Both the position numbers and the translations under genes were made by a program. A stretch of 44,962 bases of DNA from contig JAAPAO010000265.1 in NCBI GenBank assembly GCA_013115145.1, positions 1-44,962 of the forward strand. The letters are read 5' to 3'. Source of the stretch: Perkinsus chesapeaki ATCC PRA-425 (Eukaryota > Protista > Perkinsozoa). Each line of letters starts with the position of its first letter. The stretch's first letter is position 1. Of the stretch, positions 34,155 through 44,962 are shown piece after piece. A model generated the notes under the pieces. That model was not told the origin of the DNA, searched no databases, and was given only the letters and a program-made list of their open reading frames with translations.

Positions 34155-35949
34155 AGTGTCACGTGTTGGTCTCGAAGAATAACCCACGCGATGAGAATGA
34201 AGTGCAACACTTGAATTGTGGCATGTACCACTCCTCCATCATTTGTCTGCACTATATTGCTGGTCATTCTAGTACTTCGGTTATCGAAGTTCGGTATATG
34301 CTCCCACTATCTAAAGTCCTGTATTAGCCTGGCTAATACAGTAGATAATTGTCATCGTCACGTCTGTAAATATTATTGGAATGCCCTCTTCTGGTCATGT
34401 CACTGCTGCCATGGCGTAATTGTGTGCGCACCGTGACAGACGAACCCCCCGCTAGAGCTAGACTAGAACTATTACGTTTTTCCTATGCAGTATGTGACCA
34501 GAGTCCGTCTTTTTTATCTCAAGGACGGTGTTGATACTTAAGTACTAGTCACATATCTTAACTAATGTCACCTATCACTCGTTGTCGGCGACAACTTGTC
34601 GCGCTGTTAATGGTTCATCAAGTCAGTTGGAGCGCTTGTGTTGGCAATCGCTTGATCAATGATCACGAGCAAATCACAGCCTCACCACAGCACAAGTTGT
34701 ACTGTCGGGTACTGTACAACGGCTCGTTACGAACACCATGCTATTCTAAGTAGCCGGACGGTGCCAATTAGACAATAGATGCACTGTCATGCAGGGAAAG
34801 AGGCTCTGTTTTCGTAACAGCGAACAAAGGCGAGAACTGGTTATACGCGCACAAGCCGTTTAGACCTGAACAGTTGCACTCCTTCGAAACACGTTCAGGA
34901 CGAGTTTCAATGTACTTGACCCATGAGTTAGGAACCTTCGAAATTCGCTAGATAGCAAGAAACCCTCACCCAGAGTCCTGCTTTCTCGAGGTACAACTCT
35001 CTAGCTATTGATAGCTTACTTTCTGTATATCGCGAGTATGTTATCATATGTAGTCCTATCATTGGGCTTGGTAGTCTCAAACCTCTGGAGCACTGTAACC
35101 TGTGGACCGTGCCCGGGCTACGTGTGCATAGGCGACTTCATCAGACTATTATTTCAAGCACATTGAATCACTGTCAATTTCAACAAATCACTAGCATCCT
35201 TGAACGCGACAGGTAAATCCAAAAATGTGACTCTTTCCAGAAGTCTAGGCGTCTACTCGTAAAAAGAGGTCTAGCGAGAGTTTTCACCTTTGTGCATGCG
35301 GTATGTGTAGGATAAAGAAATGATGTGCATGATACGTATACGAGATACGTATTATTCATAAGAACAAGGAGAATAGTGTAGGACCAACACACCGAGTTGC
35401 CATCGGAACCCCGAGAACGGCAGACAGCCCACAACCGTGTCTTTACCGATACCCAGGATCCAGCATAAAATTCAGCAACTATACACAGCAGTCCGTGTCT
35501 CTCCTAGAATAAAAGCTCAGGTACGAGGCCTTCTTGACGAAGTTACGGAGCTTGCTAAGCGAAATTGGTTACGAAGCTCGGCACCTTTTTTTTGCCAGGC
35601 AAATTTAGTTTTGGTGTGTTAGATTCACAGAACCTGTGACACAGGCATAATATAGTTAGTTCCGAAAGTTCACCGAGAGTTCCTCCACTCTTGGACATTA
35701 TTTCGGAATGGGAATGTGATGGAGTAGTATTGTAAATAGCGTATCGGGAATGCAATGGAGATTAAAAGTCAACGTTGGAGCTGGGGTGCCGAATACGAGA
35801 TGAACCCTAGAAATGTTGGCGTGGGGACATACCGTCTGTCACCGAGATGTACCCCTGGACCAGGAGTCCTGCTCGGAAATTGTCCCCCATAGCCTATGGG
35901 GCCTAGGGTATTAGATTTCACACACTTCTCCTGCCTTCGTTAAGTAACC

Positions 35950-36321
35950 ATGCGCGTCTTGGTCAACGCCCTCCTCATTGCTGTTGCCACTTCCAGCAAT
36001 GCCTGTAAGGACTCTGACAAGCAAAAGATCAGTGGAGTGCACTTCCCTGGTTTCCTGTTGCAATGTGCTACCAAGTATCGCTCGGACCTGTTCAATGTCG
36101 GTCCATGCCTTGTGAAAGGCTGTGGCCTGAGCGATGTGTGTGCAGGCTGTTTCAGTACGGCCTCCAGATGTGCTGCTGCCAACTGCAATTCTCAATGCGC
36201 GAGTTCGACGACAGAGTGTGAGAGTTGCATTAAAGATAATTGCAGCCAAGTCTTCCATGATTGCACTGGCTTGAAAACTCCTGTTCCCTTCCCTACGAAG
36301 GAAGAGGAGAAGTGCTACTGA
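35950..36321 (+). CDS. Small secreted cysteine-rich protein (123 aa, 14 Cys), paralog B, intronless
   Basis: MRVLVNALLIAVATSSNA leader. All 14 Cys align with paralog A. Confidence 0.88.
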   Translation: MRVLVNALLIAVATSSNACKDSDKQKISGVHFPGFLLQCATKYRSDLFNVGPCLVKGCGLSDVCAGCFSTASRCAAANCNSQCASSTTECESCIKDNCSQVFHDCTGLKTPVPFPTKEEEKCY

Positions 36322-37248
36322 TGAGTTGTCTGCGTGGTATACACACCATAGAGCAGCAAATTGCGTGGTGCCGTTCACGCGTATCATTAGTCCTGCTCTA
36401 TTCAGCTGTACTCAACTTTATACCTCATCATAGCAGTGCTTAGATGTATGCTCTTAGAGCAACCCGCACTCTATCCCATCTCACAGTTGTCTCTCTGTCG
36501 TCACATCAGTTCAGCATATTGCGATGCTCTTCTCTGAGCGTGCTGCTTTAGCTCCGGCGGCCCACTCGTTGTCGATGGGTCATCTAGTTTATGTCGTGAC
36601 GGTGTGTTGCGCTGTTAGTGTTGGGTCGGCGTAGTATAGTATACAATCTATGCGTCGTTGTACGATTGAAGAACCGCAAGTCAAGGTTTACATTGTACAA
36701 ATCGTGTACTGTAATATATAGTTGCTAAAGCATCTGTTCCCTAGTGGTTTAGCTTGCAATAGACCAATGCTGGACACGTGTCGATTTACGTGATGAGATG
36801 CGGCTATGTTTTCCTTACTCGGTAGGTTTGCCAGCGATCAGTGCGAGCCTAGCCCCTCTAAATATGAGACGAGGAGGTCTGTTGAGTCTAACAACATCTC
36901 AGACATGCGGCCAGTTGAAGACCGTGATCTGCTCTATAATGGCACTCCATACTTTTGGTCTTGTACGGGTATACGCTTGGGTTAAGGAGATGATGTTAAC
37001 GCTCGTTCCTACGCCCCTTCAGAGCGACCACTCAGTCTACACACAACAATTTACGCAATGCTTGATTGGTTACAGTTCGTAGACACTCATGAGACTGGCT
37101 TATGACAAAGAATACAGCTCATGGTATTTCACGGTGCTTTCTCGACGAGACCAATAGGCGCCTATTCTTATCCTTGTCTTTCGCTCTGAGTAGTGTTCCC
37201 ACCTGAACCATTGTGGAAATACAAAAATATGTTAGATATGGGCGACAA

Positions 37249-40200
37249 TTATGTGTATTTCCCCAAGACAGAATGTACTTGTTCTTGCAACATGTAGATT
37301 TCTAGCCGCTGCATTTGTATCTTCTCCGTTTTCCTATCAACAGCTTGAAGTAACTCTTGCATCCTCTTGGAATCCTCCTCTCGTTGCTTCTTCCACCTTT
37401 TCTCGGACGCAACTTTTGGTAACCGTGTTGTCTTTTCCCCCGAATGGCGTTTATCATCTGCTCAGGCATCCATTCGATTCGGACTTCTTCATTGCTGATT
37501 CGTGTCACTCCGTACATCAAGATTTGCCTTACCATCCATTCCCTTCGACAGTGGTGTTCTGATGGTTGTCCTCCTCAACTCCTGCTCACTATGCTGATAT
37601 TTACCCCGAAGTTCCCTCAGTTCAAGCTGTAATGACTTAACCTGAATAACCTTGCCATTTTTGATCTCTCAGTCTCGTCTACTTGATCCTCAAGGTTCTT
37701 CTTCTGAACTCGCGTATCGTTGATTTCGCTTATTAGGGTAGCATTCTCTGTTGCACGTCTACTAAGGTCTCGCCTACTCGCCGCATTAAACCTCGATGAT
37801 TGTGATCGTAAACTGTTCACCTGATCAAGTAACCATGACCCGATATGCCCAGGATATGTAGCTGAGGAGGCTCCGCATAACGGCGACCGGACGTACAGGC
37901 CTCAACGTACCCTTTTGTCGAGTGCTCGTATTTGCCTTTGAGCTTCCTCCACCCCACCATCATCTCCCCATATATTTGAACCAGGCGGTGCGTGACTGTT
38001 GGATTGAGTGCATCCTAGAGGACATTTCGGTCATAGTGTAGTGGTAGCAGTGTAGTACCAATCACTCGCTCGTGATACAACTTTTTTATCAAATTCGGCC
38101 ACTCTTTCACGCTTGAATTGTGCACGATGGTTGTTATTTCGCTCATTATATCGACTAGACTGCCTAGGAGATATGGCAACCTTCCAGCGTGGACTGAGTC
38201 AGCCAGTTGCTCACTCTCTCCAGCAGCTATCTTTTCATGTAGAAGTGCCACTTCATTCCTGTGCTGTGCTGCTAACTGGGATTTGTGGTCAAGATCGGTC
38301 TCTAACCTCCTCTGTAGTGCAATCTTGAGATAGGCAATATTATGAGAGGTAGCTCGCTTGGATGAGTGTGACCGCGGCGATGGCTGTGCGTATTCCTAGC
38401 TGACCTTCCTTTCAAACTCCAGTTGGCTGTCATGCAACTTATTTCGGAGCTCCTCGATTTCCTTATCTTTTGGGCCGACTGATTCGCTCATCTAAACCAC
38501 AGTAGTGAAGTACACTACAGTCTCATCACGAGTGCCATAGGGTCTATACTAGCGCCACATCTCCAACTGCAATGTCTCAGAAATGTCGCAGTGGAGAGTC
38601 GTTCTTCTTCACCTCTTTCAATCGAAACTCTAATACGCTCTTCAGCTGGTTCAACCCCTCCAGCTTGTTTCTCAGCTCGCGAATTTCACACTCTTTTTGT
38701 TGCCGACTCTTCACATTATCAGAGTTCTCGTTTTTGAGCGCATCCAGCCTGAAACGGACTTCTCCGTTAATATGCAGTGGGGCATTATTTCGGAAGTTTT
38801 ACCTTCGTGATTGTTCCTCTACCTTCACTTTGAGGGATTGAATGATACTCGCGGCGTCCAGAGATTCATGAGACAATTGAACCTTTTCTTTCTCCATCGC
38901 TTCAAGGCCTTTCATCAGGGCGTCTTGCTCCTTACGATACTGGCTACCTAATACGAGTGACGTAGGTGCCTTGAATATAACCCTAAGTTACGACCGGTCC
39001 GTAGTGCGGCTGCGTTATAAGCATCCAAAAGGAAGTCAGCATTGCTTACAACTCTGGGTGAGTTCCTGAATACTCTTGTCTTTTTCGGCGACAATTTGAT
39101 TAATCTCGTCCTCTCGCTCCTTTGCCTCCATCTCTAATATTGTCTCGTGTCTGCGATGCTAGAGTGGCCCAGTAGCAAACTGATCGCCAAGCTCGACCTT
39201 TGTTTGAGATACTCAATCAGGTCTTGGCTGGATTCGTTGGCCTTTCGAGCCTCCCGCAAACGTGCTTCAAACTCAGCCTGTATTGCGACCTTCTCGCGCT
39301 TGAAACGGTTTTGTTGTTGCATCTGGAAGAACCATCCATGACACATTGCTGTTGATTTGAGCACACCTGGTAGGTTTCATTTCTTTGCACTTCTGCTTTA
39401 CGGGACTCCTCTAGCTTATCATGTCGCGCTGCTTCTTGGGAAAGCTTCCTCTCGTAAAAATCTATCACAAGTAGTAGACCTTGATTTGGTTCGGTCGGAG
39501 GGGGGTGTACTCTCAAGCTGCTCGGTTGCTTCCACTTGCACAGCCTCCAATGTCCTCATAACCCGCAGTGCTTCACTCTCCTGAATAAGAGCCAATATCA
39601 TAAAGTAATGATGCGCTCCATCTTCCCGCTTACCTTCACGTTGCTAGCTGCTTGCAAGGCATTATACCTCCTCCTGAGTTCTTGAATCTCAGCCCTGTCA
39701 TCTTTCCTAGCTTGTGCGAGCTTCTCCTCCATGCGCGTATTGAGCTCGGATACTGTGGTCTTGAGCTCTTTCCTGAATTCAAGTTAGGCATACCTCAATC
39801 TCAGACCATTCTATTGGGCCATTGCTCGCGGTGATATGTGAGGTTTACCAAGTAGACAAGCTTAGTTGTTGTCTTATCTGCGGTACGCGTCCGCGGACAG
39901 CAGGTCACGTGCGCGCGTGTCACAATCCTAGTGCGCTGTGCATGCACTTGAAGAAAGATATGGTGCTTCGGAGTTCGGGGCACGTTGCGTGCATTCCATA
40001 CTAGGTTGTTTTCTACCGCGATTTTGACCCAGCCTCCTCTCCCGGGTTGGACCTTTTGAGTTTATGTTGCGAACATGGGTGTGTGTCTATGCTCGTAATT
40101 TAAACCCATAAGGTCGTGCACACCCTCGCGCCGCGGCTGCCAGTTTATGGGCTCATAGCCCATCCCTTTGCACGGTTTCCGGGTTTCGGGTTTCGGGCTA

Positions 40201-43200
40201 CTGGTTGTTTACGGGTTCGCCGCTCACTTGGGTGCACTGCGCTGCCCCATTCGCCTTCTTGAGAGACAGAGTTGGTTGATGACGTAAAGCTAAAGCGCAC
40301 TCACTTGAGACCGGCAATAGTTTTCTCCGCCTCACTGTTCTTCTCATGAGTGGCCTACTGTTACGGTCACATTGAAAACTGTGCGGCTACTCACTCGTAA
40401 TTGACCTTTACTGACCGTTTCAATGCCATCAGGGATTAACAAGGAGTTGGTACGCCCTGAACCGGCCTCAGTGACATGTCAGCTCCACATTGAGCTACCA
40501 TGATGGGCATGACCAGGGTCACCGATATTCAGGAAGAAGATGGCCCCATCAGTTCCGGCTGAAACAAGTGTATGTCGGTGCGAGGCAAACGGTCTAAGGA
40601 GAGCTGCTCATCACAGACCCAAGCAAGAGGGTTTAACATGAATTGCAGCCGGGCAACTGCTCCGTTATGAACAGTATAACGGCAGAGTTGTCCAGAACTG
40701 AGGGGATACTCGACGGTATAAATAGACCCCTCCGAAGATCCAACCAGCAAGAAGGGGGAGGAGCCGCCATCTACAATAATGGTCGTTAAGGGAAGTATAT
40801 ATCAACGAATCCTGCCTTGAGTTACGGAAGGCCTCCAGAGCGCCAGGGCGGTCGGGTACACTCCGGACTGGGGACCGCTGAAGACTGGCCACGGAGTAGC
40901 TTCTTGTGTGACCTCGCCTTCCTGGATCTCTCTAATAATACCCTGCGCCTCGAGGTGCAGAGGTGAAGCTTTTGCTGTCGGAGTACCACCTGAGATATGA
41001 CGGCGTGAATGTCCACATGGCGTAAATTTGCATCCTGCCTGTCTCACCCGCGCCCGACTTGATGAAGAGGCCTCCAACAAAAATGCGCTTATTGCTAAAA
41101 TGGAAGGATAGAGAGTAGTGTGACTCAGAGCTACTTGTAGACTAGGCAAGTGTAGACATAGCCCTTCCCGCTGGAGTGGTCAGACGTTTTGGACCATGAA
41201 CCACAGTCCCACTCAGTAACCTACAGAGTAGTCTCTCAGACCATACCCGACGTCGTAGCGTACTGTGCTGATTGACGACGAGTCACCCCGAGATTCGCAG
41301 GTAGCGACGGCAAGATGATGATCTTCCTCATCAAAAGAGAGGGCTACGATGCCCGATTGCATGAGACCACCGAAGCCAGAAGGGTCCTCGGTATCGCCTC
41401 TTGCGAGGGCTAGAGAAGGTTGTTAGCAATGATGATAGCAGGAGTACCTCCTCCTTGATTGCTGCTGCCACCAACTTTCAGTGTTGCTACTTTCGCCATT
41501 CCGCGGTGCATGCCAAAGACCGTAACCTGTATGATGGCTGCCAATCTTGGACCAATCTCGGCTATAAGGATTTTATGTAGCCATCACCTGCCGAGCTCCG
41601 GATACACCGGTGCCATGGGCAACAGCCAGGAAATGACCTCCACCGCTCCAAATCAATCGAGAAGCTCGACGTATGGCAAACTCTTGCAGCACAACTATGT
41701 CCCGGTCCACTATCTGATACAGGCGATAATAGCGGTGCTCTAGGGTCTGAGAATCTTGTGACTTGTATAATCCTCAGCTTCTCCGTAAAGGACATCGCAA
41801 TGATGAAACCGCCGACGGGGTGAACTGCCACATCAAGGGGTTCATCACCAAGGAAGACCCGACACAGATCCATCTCAGCAGAGGGAAGCCCTGCACAGCA
41901 TTGGTGCTGTCTAAAGGTGAGTCTCAACGGATGAATAGATTACTCCATATCCTCATACTCTTATCACCGTAGGAGACCGTTGTCATTATCTGTCTCAAAC
42001 GGCAGAGGGAGAGGCCTAACCGGGTCTTGGGCAATCTGCTAGAAGCAAACGCGATGATAACTGACCACTGATGGCATCGGAGTGAAACCCGCCGGATAGA
42101 ACTGTGGCCTCTACAGGCTCAGCATGTAGACATCCCTCCTGCCAGCAGCTTGGTGAAGTATAAATGGAGCTCGCTGATAGAACTATAATGATGGCATCAC
42201 GACTCGCGTTTCAGTCTTCCGATCTCTTACCAAGTATCTCCTTACTGTCAGTCACACATACAAGCCATTCACCACTGCCACACAGGTCGATGGACTCCAG
42301 GCTTGAGTTCGATTTCCCAACGACTGTTACATTTCGAACAAGTCTGTACAAAATTCATTATGCTTGCCGCGAGGTCGTGCGTACTTGTACGGTGCAGATA
42401 CGTCTTCGCCCTCGCTCTCAGCTTCTTCCCAGATCGTGACACCTCCCGTTGTACCCACAATAACGAATCCCTGGGCCAGAGGGGAAATAGCTCTTGGAGA
42501 AAAGTTCAACAGTGGGCATGGCACTCGGTGGGTAAGTGTCAGAGTACTTGGTGAGATGACAAACAACCTAAGAGAGCTATCGTTATGCCTTTCGTGTGAG
42601 TTCGTATGTCTACCCTCCTGTCATGGTTATGAGGACAACCGGTGGGATATCAGATGTCAAGGCTGATGCGAGCCAAGCATGGTCCAGAACGCCGGCATTG
42701 AGCTCTGTTAAGCCTGTCTGGGAGATGTGTACTCCCGATGCTGTAGCTGTGAAGCTACTCTCCACTGAGCTATCAGTTATCTGACATATTCGCGACCTAG
42801 CGGGCTCTGCCGCCTGCCGCTGCTGATGACAAAGATCCCCAAGGCCATCGAGATACCGCATTGCGATTAGTAACGATGCGGTGTACTGCGACTTCTCACA
42901 TCGGATAGTGCTTTGAGAATCCCTCCCGTCTTGTATTTCACAAACTTGCAACCGCTGGGGCCAGTAAAGCAGAGAAGGGTGTTGTCCTTGGGGCAGGTGG
43001 TGACCTGATCTTACTATCACGGCGCTGAAGGTCACGCGCAGGCTACTTTGTCAAAGTCCCCTTCGAGCTCTAAGTGAGCACTGTTACTTCGGTCAAGAGT
43101 GATGCGTTTCGGTCCCGCTGTCGCATTGTTCTGACCGGACATCAGCAACCACCTAGTAGCGCTTTGACCCACGGTGCGAGGCCGGCCTTCTGATTGGTGC

Positions 43201-43912
43201 CACGAAGTGGTGTAAAATACGCCGCCTGCGCTAGTAAGAATTATCAACGCCTTGTCGTCCTTTGTGAAAGCAATGGACCTCACAAAAACACCCCGAGAGC
43301 CCTGATAATGCAGATCAGGTTTGCCGAGGGAAGTGTGGTATGACTTTGAAGGGTTTAGGGAGGAGAATCACATCCTGGGCATGATTCCCAGGTGTTGCTG
43401 GGTTGTAAATGCCGATCGCCATCTGCGGAGACAATGGTCAAAGAGTGAGTGATAAAGTTGTGCTACTTGATCTCCCTTCAATATCTGAGCAATACCTAGC
43501 GCTCTGTTATCGCCGCTCTTAGCGATTGCTGTGATCCTGCGGCATGTCTCATCGACAGGTGTAAGGAAGTTGACAGTATTGGAATCAATATGGCGGAAAC
43601 ACGCATGCCTTCCACACACGTGTACCTCGCCAAGAAACTCCCTATGATCAGAGTCCGCTAGTGTTGGCGTCTTTAACTTAATCAGCTACGCGTAACTATT
43701 ACGCGTTCACAGGGACTAAGGATGCCTACCACAAAATGACCATTATCATCCGGGAAGATTGCCGGGCTGTTGCGAATTTGTCTGCCGTCTGCTGAAGTCG
43801 TCATGGCTCCTAATGCATGGGTTAGTTGAAGCCGTGTGACCGTCTGCTCCTTCACTAGATCCTTATGAGATGCGTCACAAGCGACACCGTTCGTGCTGAT
43901 TTCCGCGGACAT
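37249..43912 (-). CDS. CFAP57: Cilia- and flagella-associated protein 57 (WDR65): WD40 N-terminal half, coiled-coil C-terminal half; many introns
   Basis: Pieces CRRITAIAKSGDNRALGIAQ, EPLDVAVHPVGGFIIAMSFTEKLRI, LVGSSEGSIYTVEYPL...HNGAVARL, AGTDGAIFFL, LKSVLEFRLKEVKK and KIQMQRLEI match CFAP57 blocks in the expected order. Both ends are approximate. Confidence 0.8.
42302..42330 (+). other. tRNA T-loop-like fragment filling a 29-nt intron of CFAP57 (antisense to the gene)
   Basis: CTTGAGTTCGATTTCCCAACGACTGTTAC. Removing it joins DLFEI|LESIDLCGSGEWLVCV in frame. Confidence 0.45.
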
Positions 43913-44267
43913 CTCAGTGAGTAAAAACGGGAAAACTTTGCAGCCTGCCGATCGCAGGCCAGACTAGTACACGAATTCGAACAGTATGATCAGACATAAA
44001 GGTTCAGCGCTGCTGTGGAAGTCTCTGTTGGAGACACGACGAAGCGAGCTTCGATTGCTATTTATTGGTTTGTCACCACTGACTTACCATCGGGCACACA
44101 GAGCGTAGTAAGATTGGGAAGTCCAGGAAATGCTCGTAAATTATCTTAGGTATCTATTTCGTTAACAAGCCATTAAGGACTATCAAACCCAACGCACTTC
44201 ATTAGGGAAGACTGGGTCACGCTTTGACAGCAGCCAAAGCATATGCCAAAAGCATGACTCATGCTCA

Positions 44268-44918
44268 TTATCGTAGTAGCGTGCTGCAGTCTGTGGAGTC
44301 AGCGCAGTCGAGCGGATATCTTGGTCTCTCGAACTTCTCAGCCGAATTGCTTGAGTTGAGCGTCTCCTGTTTCCGGGCAGGATTGGCTATCCCCCAATAT
44401 TTCGGATGAGAGCTTCTGCACAGGACCACCTGCCGCAGGACTGCGCTTTGTCACGGCTTCCTCGGAGGAGACCTTCCTCCTACCGCCACTTTGCCGGCGA
44501 GCCAAATTCCCTGTTGCCTAATCTAACTTCGCAGCGTTACCAGTTACCACTTAATGCGTATCGCCCAAGACATGTACATCCTTGTATTCACCTTGATAGG
44601 CATTGTTCAGAGTCACCTCTCCTTCCTATTGCCAAACGAGAGGGTATACTACGCAAGATACAGGACTCCACAACGTATAGAGGATGGTCGTTCTATGAAT
44701 GCCACTCTACTGTTTTATTGTGGCACGAGCGATGAGTATATGAAGCTTAAGGTCAAATATGGGGCAGACGTTTTGGCATCGCCTTTTGTACCCTTCAGCT
44801 TCTCCATGGTTAACAACAGGACAGTGGATTTAGTAAGCCTGACTGACGATCTCAAGCTCAAATGGAAACCGTTCGCAACAAGGCTAAATCGTGGCGGTCT
44901 AGTGGTTGAACTCGACAT
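44268..44918 (-). CDS. Hypothetical spliced protein near the window edge
   Basis: ORF 44715..44918 plus a roughly 80-codon open minus frame ending at TAA 44268-44270, preceded by an AG acceptor. No recognisable motif. Confidence 0.3.
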
Positions 44919-44962
44919 GGAAATGGGATGGGATCAAAAAGTTTCTTATATCTTATTGCATG

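Noticed and set aside
36740-36800. Possible further decayed tRNA (TAGTGGTTTAG ... CACGTGTCGATTTACGTG)
   Set aside because: No GTTCG core, and the apparent stem arises from CACGTG-type palindromes. Too degenerate to support.
37440-37540. Apparent premature TGA-TAA near the CFAP57 C-terminus
   Set aside because: Using the downstream acceptor (GAGCAG|ATGAT) gives an intron of about 75 nt and an open frame to ...MQRLEIYMLQEQ, so no recoding or pseudogenisation is needed.

Overview
Eukaryotic, gene-dense genomic DNA with very short GT-AG introns (mostly about 30-55 nt). It is most consistent with a perkinsid alveolate (Perkinsus-like); this is an inference from intron size, intronless tandem A1 proteases and a flagellar gene. 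The bacterial-style ORF track therefore fragments most genes, and exons were re-joined by eye, so gene ends are approximate. Gene order: two intronless pepsin-family aspartyl proteases (-); DDX60-like helicase; WDR7-like WD40 protein; multi-KH RNA-binding protein; NAP-family histone chaperone; MTH1187/thiamine-binding protein; hypothetical secreted protein (-); DUF4954-like left-handed beta-helix protein; two NHP2 copies flanking a 35-bp minisatellite and an assembly gap; PDK1-like kinase with a DFD motif; two paralogous 14-Cys secreted proteins; CFAP57 (-); and a hypothetical gene at the edge. There is no CRISPR array, rRNA or intact tRNA. The most unusual signal is about ten non-coding tRNA-derived pieces, all keeping the T-loop/B-box core GTTCGA. 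Seven lie inside spliceosomal introns, several with the tRNA 3' end a few nt from the splice donor, and three are intergenic pseudo-tRNAs (two near full length).
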